The translations under genes were made by a program, and so were the position numbers. From NCBI GenBank assembly GCA_964594495.1, contig CAZQLX010000001.1, positions 1 through 50,559 on the forward strand: 50,559 bases of DNA, in the 5' to 3' direction. Below, in pieces: positions 44,476 to 50,559 of this stretch. Position 1 is the first letter of the stretch; the number at the start of each line of letters is the position of its first letter. Below the pieces are notes generated by a model, which saw only the letters and a list, made by a program, of their open reading frames with translations, was not told where the DNA came from and did no database searches. Origin of the DNA: Candidatus Woesearchaeota archaeon. GTDB taxonomy: Archaea; Nanobdellota; Nanobdellia; Pacearchaeales; GW2011-AR1.

Positions 44476-45309
44476 ATGGCAAGAACAAAAAAAGAAAAAA
44501 AAGTTGAAAAAACATCAAAAACTGATGAAACGCCTAAAGAAAGTGTTAAAGAAACAAAAGTAGAGGGAAAAAGTACTGATGAAATAGAAGAAAAATTAAA
44601 AGCAGAAACAAATGTATCTCAAAAACAAAAAGATAGCACTCTAATATGGATATTTGCAGTCATGGTACTCATCATAATCGGTGTTTTAGTAGGATACTTT
44701 GTTGGTAAGGGGGGGCAAAGTTTTACTTACGAAGGATTGAAATTTACAAAAGAAAAATTCGGAGAAATTCCTGTATTTCACTATTATTATTTTTATGAAA
44801 GTGAAAAAGGGAACTTAGTACAGTATAATTTATACTTAAGAAAGGACCCTAGACAAAATCAAATACCTGTTGAAGGAAATATATATTACCCTAAAGATAA
44901 ATTTGTTTATATTAGCGTAAATGGAACGGGCTTAACTCAATGCGAAGATAGTAGTCTCGCAGTACATACGTTAGCCGCTTTTCTTACAAATAATGAGATC
45001 GTGGTAAAAGGAGCGACTCCTAATTTTAATGAAACAAATGGCACGAATATTCGATTTGCAAACTGCCAAACCCACCCTAATAATGTTGTTATTTTGATTC
45101 AAGCTGGAAATACGACGAGAATTTACAAAGAAGCGAACACAAACGGATGTCATGTAATTGAGGTATCAGACTGCCAAATTCTTGACGCTATTGAAAAATT
45201 TGAGGTTCAATCGGTTTTAGATGCTAAAGGTAATGAATCTGAAGTGTCGGACACCCAAAATAAGCCTCAAAGCTTTTACGCTTTGAATCTTACAAATACA
45301 ACTAATTAA
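44476..45309 (+). CDS. Membrane-anchored extracellular protein with lysine/glutamate-rich cytoplasmic N-tail, hypothetical
   Basis: It has a TM anchor 'LIWIFAVMVLIIIGVLVGYFV' and multiple N-x-S/T sequons. Its C-terminal region resembles that of 43849..44445. Confidence 0.55.
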   Translation: MARTKKEKKVEKTSKTDETPKESVKETKVEGKSTDEIEEKLKAETNVSQKQKDSTLIWIFAVMVLIIIGVLVGYFVGKGGQSFTYEGLKFTKEKFGEIPVFHYYYFYESEKGNLVQYNLYLRKDPRQNQIPVEGNIYYPKDKFVYISVNGTGLTQCEDSSLAVHTLAAFLTNNEIVVKGATPNFNETNGTNIRFANCQTHPNNVVILIQAGNTTRIYKEANTNGCHVIEVSDCQILDAIEKFEVQSVLDAKGNESEVSDTQNKPQSFYALNLTNTTN

Positions 45310-45460
45310 GTACACCAAATCCTAATTATCACCTCTTAATAAGTTAATGGCTACATTTACTTAGAAATAACATATATTTAGGGTATATTTTGTAGACTCT
45401 AATTCACGCAGTAATTAGGAGGCCTTATTTAAGACGTAGTGTAGTTAAGCTGATAATAAT

Positions 45461-46099
45461 CTAATGTTTAATTCTATTATTCTTCTTCAGCTTTCTTTTT
45501 ATTAAAATATACAAAATAATGATTACCAAACACGCTACAACGAGCCATAAGGAAATAATGCCGAGATGATCTCTAATTATATCAATATTTGCACCGAAAA
45601 GAATGCCGAGATAAAGCAGAATTGCGACCCATATTGCTGCTCCTAGCGCTGTATAGATTGTGAATTTTGCAAGATTCATTCTAGCAAATCCTGCGGGAAG
45701 GGAAATTAATTGTCTTATAACAGGTAACAAACGTCCAACGAAGGTTGTTAATTCTCCATGTTTCTCAAAAAATCTCTCGCTCTTCAATATACTTTCTTCT
45801 GAAATAAAGAATATTTTACCATATCTTTTAACTAGTTTGTTTACTGCTCCTCGACCTAAAAACAAAGCAATGTAATAATTAAAGTATGCTCCTACAAGAC
45901 TACCTGCGACCCCTGCAATAAATGCAATAATGAAGTTCATTTCCCCTCGTGAAACGAGAACCCCTGCAGGAATCATTACTACCTCGCTTGGAAACGGAAT
46001 AAAAGAACTTTCTATGGTCATTAAAATGAAAATTCCAAAATATCCAAAACTTCCAACGGCGTTTACAACAGCATTAACTGTTTGATCAAACCAAGACAT
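45461..46099 (-). CDS. DedA family membrane protein
   Basis: It has '[17 protein letters not shown]', 'GR.LPVIR' and matching topology. Confidence 0.8.
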   Translation of the reverse strand: MSWFDQTVNAVVNAVGSFGYFGIFILMTIESSFIPFPSEVVMIPAGVLVSRGEMNFIIAFIAGVAGSLVGAYFNYYIALFLGRGAVNKLVKRYGKIFFISEESILKSERFFEKHGELTTFVGRLLPVIRQLISLPAGFARMNLAKFTIYTALGAAIWVAILLYLGILFGANIDIIRDHLGIISLWLVVACLVIIILYILIKRKLKKNNRIKH

Positions 46100-46228
46100 C
46101 TATTAATGAGTTAAAGATCGTTTAAATAAGTTATTTATTAGATAAATAACTTATTTAGTGTATTTTACTAATCTTTATTGTTTTACTTATTAATTCAGTA
46201 TTATTTTAAATTATAATTGATCTTGACT

Positions 46229-46756
46229 TTACTTTTTATACCTTATTTCTTTAATTATTGATTTTACATCGGTATAAACTGGAATTGTTTTTATCTTAAA
46301 CATCCAAACATTCACAAACCAGAGGATTATCACGAGTAAAGTACTTCCAATATACCAAGTTATTTCATGAGCGATGGAGAAATAAGAGGCCCCGTTACTA
46401 ATTAAAGATCCAAAAATGACTATGCGGATTATATTAAGAATGAGGAAAGCTAAAATGAGGAAAACTAGGCTTTTAACTCTCTTTTTTGGCTTTATAGGTG
46501 TTGTTAAATTGAGAATAACTAAGAAATAATATGCTGCTCCGGCAACACATGCTGCTAGAATTTGAGCTTTAATGCCTCCTATGAGCAGAACATTTCCATC
46601 GATTAGTGTGGCTCCTACGAATTTACCTAAAAGCCATGCTGAAGGATAGACAGTTAACGGAGTAAAAATAAAATAGAAGATAAATAGGTTTGGAATTCCC
46701 AATAGAATAAGAATTAAATATCGTGATAATAAACCTAATGCCTCTTTTTTGTTCAT
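46229..46756 (-). CDS. Mini archaeosortase/exosortase-family protein (pacearchaeosortase-like)
   Basis: It is 175 aa with about 5 TM helices. Candidate catalytic residues are Cys70 ('ILAACVAG'), Arg111 ('NIIRIVIF') and His130 ('SIAHE'). As I recall it, the Cys-to-Arg spacing of 41 equals that reported for Haloferax ArtA (C173/R214). Confidence 0.55.
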   Translation of the reverse strand: MNKKEALGLLSRYLILILLGIPNLFIFYFIFTPLTVYPSAWLLGKFVGATLIDGNVLLIGGIKAQILAACVAGAAYYFLVILNLTTPIKPKKRVKSLVFLILAFLILNIIRIVIFGSLISNGASYFSIAHEITWYIGSTLLVIILWFVNVWMFKIKTIPVYTDVKSIIKEIRYKK

Positions 46757-46905
46757 TCAAAGGAATAATAAAGAGGGTTTAATAAACTAATTATTTACTT
46801 TTACCTTAATGCATAGACGATAGACACATATCATCTGAGTGTACACTGGCTAAGCAAAAATTAAGATATTAAGATTAATTACTTTATTAGATAGTTATTC
46901 AAAGG

Positions 46906-47313
46906 TTAAGTTAAGTCATAAGGAGTGTCTCGGGCATTAAGGCGGACTACACTACCAGTTGTTAAATTGGCGATGTCCTTTATTTCCAAGACAGCCACGC
47001 CCATCTCCCTGTATTCAACACGTCCTATAACCATTACTTTGTCACCTCGAGCAATAGCTATGTAAGTAGAGTCTAATTCAATTTTTGCAGAATATCTCTT
47101 AACTCTGGGTAGAGGATTTCTCTCTAGGGGATCTATTCTTACTTCAGTAATTGTCTCTCCTTCGGATGTATCACGTTCTCTAAGAGCATCAATTACTCCA
47201 ACAATAGTACTCTTCTTATTTCCATGCTCATCAATGAACTTTTTTAATGATTTTTCCATGACTTGATATTGAGCTAAGAGGGGCAATAACGTTTTAATCT
47301 CGTCTAGAAACAC
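46906..47313 (-). CDS. Hypothetical protein (the ORF-track start is a GTG overlapping the upstream gene; alternative ATG at 47259)
   Basis: The call rests only on the ORF, which lies between the acidic surface protein and the archaeosortase-like gene. Confidence 0.45.
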   Translation of the reverse strand: MFLDEIKTLLPLLAQYQVMEKSLKKFIDEHGNKKSTIVGVIDALRERDTSEGETITEVRIDPLERNPLPRVKRYSAKIELDSTYIAIARGDKVMVIGRVEYREMGVAVLEIKDIANLTTGSVVRLNARDTPYDLT

Positions 47314-48964
47314 TTACAGCTACAATTATGATTATAATAATAAGCACAACGTTTATTCCAGCAATTATCCAGATTAATGTGTTGTCTCCAAGATCTACTC
47401 CTTTTCCAGAGCCGTTATCGTCGAATGTAACTGCAACTTCTCTAGTTTCTACTCTATCTCCAGATTGGACTCTTATTACAAATGAGTTTTCTCCTTCAGC
47501 ATCTTCATCAACATTGAATGTTAATGTTACTTCTCTGTTTGCTCCAGGAGCTATTGTTACTAATCTGCTTGAAATTGAGTCTAAGTCTGCCCAGGATTCA
47601 TATCCTGAAGCGTCAATAACAAAGTCTGCATTTGTACTCATAAGATTTGTGATTGTTGTTCTTACAACCATCTCTTCTCCAGGCTGTGCATCAGAATCTA
47701 ATGAAGCTGAGATTGAGGCAATTCTTCCTGATGTTGAACCATTATTTGCAGGAGGTTGAACTGAGCATCCTAAAACAGTTAAAGCAAAAGATTCTGCCTC
47801 ATCTGATTCTTCTCTGTATGTTCCTGATCTGTAATCATATTCTGCTGATAGATCCATTGAGTATGTTCTATCTCTAGCATTTTGAGGTATTGTAAATGTG
47901 AATGAAACCGGTCTATCATCTCCTTGATCAAGTCCTTGTCTCAATTCTGAAGACAAATGGATGTTTAACTCATCTATATCAAGATTTGCCTTAACTTGAT
48001 CTTGATCCTCATCTCCAACATTGAATACGTCTGCAGTAAGAGTAACTGAATCTCCACATGTCGCCTCTGAAGGTGAAGTCTCAATATTATCAAATGCTAT
48101 GAATTTTCCTTCGTCATCTTCAGCAGTTATATCAATTGTTTGGAAAAAATTATTATCTAAATCAGATGATGTATCTGTGCAGACATCTGATTCTCCTTCA
48201 TCATCACTGTATGCTTTTACAACCAATTTGTAATCTCCCTCATCGACATCGGCAGGTACTCTGAATTCGAATGTAACCGTGTCATCATCTCCGTCATTTA
48301 AGTCTCCCATGTCGATTTCTTCTTCATCAGTATTGAAGAAGTCTAGATCGCTGATTATATTGTCTCCAGATGAGTCAAAAAGACCGAGTTCAACAAATAC
48401 ATCGTTTAAGTCGTCATTGCCAGTGTTTTCAACGTTGACATCAACTGTTATTCTATCTGTTGGCTTCCATTCCTCATCTTCATCTCCATCACTGCTTATA
48501 TCTACTTCTTCAATAGATAATTCTAAGTCTGATGTTCCAATTTCTCCATCAGTGCAGAAGCTCTTGAAAAATGTAATTGTTTTATTAATGCTAGAAATTT
48601 GAGTGCCACTTGAAACGTTTGTACCTGTGGCTCTAAGAGTAGCTGTATAACTTCCGAACTCTAAATCATCACTAATGCTTGTTGCTCTTATTGTAGCAGT
48701 AGCAGAAGAATCAACTCCGAGATTATTAATTTGAGTTGGACTTATTGATAATGTAACTTGATCAGATCCTGAAACAATATTGGAAACAGTTAGCGCAATA
48801 TTTTGAGCTACCGTGTCATCATTTGTTATTGTAACAGTTGTTTGATTATTTGCAATAGTTAAATCATTTGGAGTAGAAACAGATAATGTGCTAGCGACTC
48901 CTAAAGATAAAACTAAAAGCGCAACAAGACTGAAAATTATTGAAAGATTTTTTGTGATCTTCAT
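47294..48964 (-). CDS. Highly acidic secreted surface protein with CARDB-like repeats and a C-terminal sorting-signal-like tail
   Basis: It has the signal peptide 'MKITKNLSIIFSLVALLVLSLGVAS', repeated beta-sandwich-like segments ('VDVNVENTGNDDLNDVFVELGLF', 'LTADVFNVGDEDQDQVKANL'), and the tail 'GDNTLIWIIAGINVVLIIIIIIVAVSVSRRD'. Confidence 0.65.
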   Translation of the reverse strand: MKITKNLSIIFSLVALLVLSLGVASTLSVSTPNDLTIANNQTTVTITNDDTVAQNIALTVSNIVSGSDQVTLSISPTQINNLGVDSSATATIRATSISDDLEFGSYTATLRATGTNVSSGTQISSINKTITFFKSFCTDGEIGTSDLELSIEEVDISSDGDEDEEWKPTDRITVDVNVENTGNDDLNDVFVELGLFDSSGDNIISDLDFFNTDEEEIDMGDLNDGDDDTVTFEFRVPADVDEGDYKLVVKAYSDDEGESDVCTDTSSDLDNNFFQTIDITAEDDEGKFIAFDNIETSPSEATCGDSVTLTADVFNVGDEDQDQVKANLDIDELNIHLSSELRQGLDQGDDRPVSFTFTIPQNARDRTYSMDLSAEYDYRSGTYREESDEAESFALTVLGCSVQPPANNGSTSGRIASISASLDSDAQPGEEMVVRTTITNLMSTNADFVIDASGYESWADLDSISSRLVTIAPGANREVTLTFNVDEDAEGENSFVIRVQSGDRVETREVAVTFDDNGSGKGVDLGDNTLIWIIAGINVVLIIIIIIVAVSVSRRD

Positions 48965-49118
48965 TTTTTGTTGTAACTTTGTAATTACACTACTTTATAA
49001 ACTTTTCGTTTCGGTCAAAAACATTGGAATTAATCAAAACTTGCCTATTTATACAAGCAGGAGAACATTTAAATAAATACCGTAACTAGAAACTATATAA
49101 TGAAAGGAGAGATGAGTA

Positions 49119-49496
49119 ATGATACGTGCTAGAGAAAATGTCGTCGGGGCATGGGCTTTCCTAATAGGTACAATTTTAGCAATTATTGTTGGAATCATTG
49201 CTGCAGTTACAGAAAATCCAACTGTCAGTCCTATAATATTAGGAATACTAGCAATTCTGGGTTTAATTGTGGGATACTTCGTTTCTGAGAAAGATGTTAA
49301 AACATTTTTGATTGCCTCTGTATCGGTTGTGCTCGTTTCCTATGCAGGAATTCAAGGCCTTGTAATAAACTCAGCTATTCTCGGTGCTAGTGTAGATAAG
49401 TTTATTACGTCTGTACTTGGAGCATTGTTGTTCTTCTTTATTCCAGCAGCAATAGTTGTTGCTTTGAAGACGGTGTTTTCTTTGGCGAAGAGTTAA
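49119..49496 (+). CDS. Small integral membrane protein (4 TM), hypothetical
   Basis: It has four hydrophobic helices, and an SD-like 'AGGAG' lies about 10 nt upstream. Confidence 0.55.
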   Translation: MIRARENVVGAWAFLIGTILAIIVGIIAAVTENPTVSPIILGILAILGLIVGYFVSEKDVKTFLIASVSVVLVSYAGIQGLVINSAILGASVDKFITSVLGALLFFFIPAAIVVALKTVFSLAKS

Positions 49497-49577
49497 CTCT
49501 TCGCTTTTAGTTATATTATAATAAGCAGAAATGTTTAATTTAGAAAAATCTAAAAATAGTCTCTCTTGAAAGATTTA

Positions 49578-50027
49578 ATGAACCTAGATAGTTGCAAGTT
49601 TGAGATTATTGAACGCGGGTTTCCAGAGGTTAGACCAATAATCGTTGAAGTTTCATATAAGAAATTAAAAGAAGCTTATTTTGAAAGTGATCGGTCTTCC
49701 AGACAAAAATATGAATTAGATGTGGATGTATCATTGAGACATGCACCAAGAAAAGTAATTATGGGTGGAATGAGTCATGAAATTGCGCATATTGTTAGAG
49801 ACTTACGTTTTAATTCATTATTTCTTACTTTAGAGCGAGCCTTGTGTAATATTAAATGGTATGAAACTTGGGACGAAAGACAAACAGACATTTTAGTGGT
49901 TAAAAGAGGACTTGGAAAAGAGTTATTAGCTTTTCTTCAGTATGCTGATAAGAGAAGAGAGAATTACACTATTCAAGATGGTTTAACAGTAAGAGAATTA
50001 AAACAAATGCTTAAAAAAGATAAGTGA
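49578..50027 (+). CDS. Small HExxH-motif protein (putative minimal metallopeptidase), hypothetical
   Basis: It carries a 'MSHEIAHIV' zincin-like motif. The ORF-track start at 49566 is a TTG, and the first ATG is at 49578. Confidence 0.4.
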   Translation: MNLDSCKFEIIERGFPEVRPIIVEVSYKKLKEAYFESDRSSRQKYELDVDVSLRHAPRKVIMGGMSHEIAHIVRDLRFNSLFLTLERALCNIKWYETWDERQTDILVVKRGLGKELLAFLQYADKRRENYTIQDGLTVRELKQMLKKDK

Positions 50028-50057
50028 AAAATATTGAAAATTAAACTTGATAACTAA

Positions 50058-50441
50058 TTAGAAATCACTAATAAAATCGCTCTTCTCTTTCTTTGAAGCT
50101 GCAGGAGCTTTGTGAATTTCGGCGAACTTAGGTGTTGCAATTATTGTTGTGTCTCCAAAGCCAGCAATTGATCCTTCAAGAGCTTCTACTGTCTTTTTTA
50201 TCTTTGAAATTGCTCTCTTAAGCTCAATAACATCTTTTGTTTTCAAAATTTTAATATCAATAACTGCAATTGTATATCCTTCTCTAAGGGAATTTAGTAT
50301 TTCGTTAATATCATCAAATTGTCTTAAAACGAAAGGTTTTACAACGATTTTATTTTCTTTTGCTTCGGCAGAATTCAAATCTATCTCGACATATTCTTCA
50401 TTGTCCTCTTTATTGAACATCTTTTTTAAATTAAACGCCAT
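50058..50441 (-). CDS. sepF: Cell division protein SepF (DUF552)
   Basis: It has an N-terminal amphipathic 'MAFNLKKMF' and a core 'IVVKPFVLRQFDDINEILNSLREGYTIAVIDIKIL', the typical SepF pattern. Confidence 0.65.
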   Translation of the reverse strand: MAFNLKKMFNKEDNEEYVEIDLNSAEAKENKIVVKPFVLRQFDDINEILNSLREGYTIAVIDIKILKTKDVIELKRAISKIKKTVEALEGSIAGFGDTTIIATPKFAEIHKAPAASKKEKSDFISDF

Positions 50442-50494
50442 GTCAATCTGTACTTGATTTGAGTATATAAATATTGCTATGATTTAAATTACAT

Positions 50495-50559
50495 TTATGA
50501 CTTTTCTTTTTGCTTTTGAGTAACCGCTCGATTTATTTCTTCTTTCAGCTTTTCAGCCT
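50495..50559 (-). CDS. 3' end of an unidentified gene (charged helical C-terminus); the rest lies outside the window
   Basis: The frame is open to the window edge and ends '...AEKLKEEINRAVTQKQKEKS*'. Confidence 0.3.
   Translation of the reverse strand, partial: AEKLKEEINRAVTQKQKEKS

Noticed and set aside
39680-48602. Whether the ORFs opposite or out of frame with the pilin-like, S-layer, anchored-protein, DedA and acidic surface protein genes are real genes. These are 39680..39931, 39849..40070, 39867..40064, 41266..41577, 42607..42876, 43401..43598, 44971..45153, 45660..45875, 47328..47759, 47653..47877, 48021..48233 and 48279..48602.
   Set aside because: They are shadow frames of long, compositionally biased genes. 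The Ser-rich antisense of an Asp/Glu-rich gene is one example. None is independently supported.
1-50559. Whether the window contains CRISPR arrays, rRNA genes, transposases, integrases or prophage genes.
   Set aside because: I saw no regularly spaced direct repeats, no rRNA-like conserved stretches and no DDE, tyrosine or serine recombinase motifs in any listed ORF. The only retroelement component is the DGR RT.

Overview
This is an AT-rich, densely coding 50.6 kb chromosomal segment that looks archaeal and most resembles a small-genome DPANN lineage (Pacearchaeota or Woesearchaeota-like). Archaeal markers include AglB/STT3 with a WWDYG motif, RNase P protein Pop5, prefoldin alpha, archaeal-type TIM and PGK, aRNase J, SepF, an archaeosortase-like protein, class III signal peptide proteins and an S-layer protein. 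Standard stop codons are used. I saw no rRNA, tRNA or CRISPR array. The layout is as follows. (1) 1-16.7 kb is a protein N-glycosylation and surface-glycan island with GT2/GT4/GT9/GT-C transferases, a deacetylase, C- and O-methyltransferases, an epimerase, a flippase, an AglH-like GlcNAc-1-P transferase and AglB. (2) 18-33 kb is a central-carbon and pentose-phosphate block: class I FBP aldolase, TIM, RpiB, Rpe, PGK, bacterial-type GAPDH, PfkB kinase, 2-hydroxyacid dehydrogenase, PRPP synthase and transketolase. (3) 33-38 kb holds housekeeping genes: prefoldin, an NPPY methyltransferase, RNase J, an HtrA-like protease and Pop5. (4) 38-49 kb is a cell-surface block: four pilin-like genes, an S-layer gene, anchored sequon-rich proteins, DedA, and a mini-archaeosortase next to an acidic surface protein. 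The main finding is a diversity-generating retroelement (DGR) at about 26.3-28.6 kb on the minus strand, inserted inside the carbon-metabolism block. It consists of a 269-aa target gene carrying a 96-nt variable repeat, a 90-nt template repeat, and a DGR-type reverse transcriptase. TR and VR differ almost only at template adenines: 21 of 28 adenines changed against 1 of 62 other bases. The RT is interrupted by a perfect 20-bp tandem duplication and a frameshift at an (AG)8 tract, and possibly by an in-frame TAG. No Avd gene is present. All functional calls rest on motif recognition by eye, and no database search was run.
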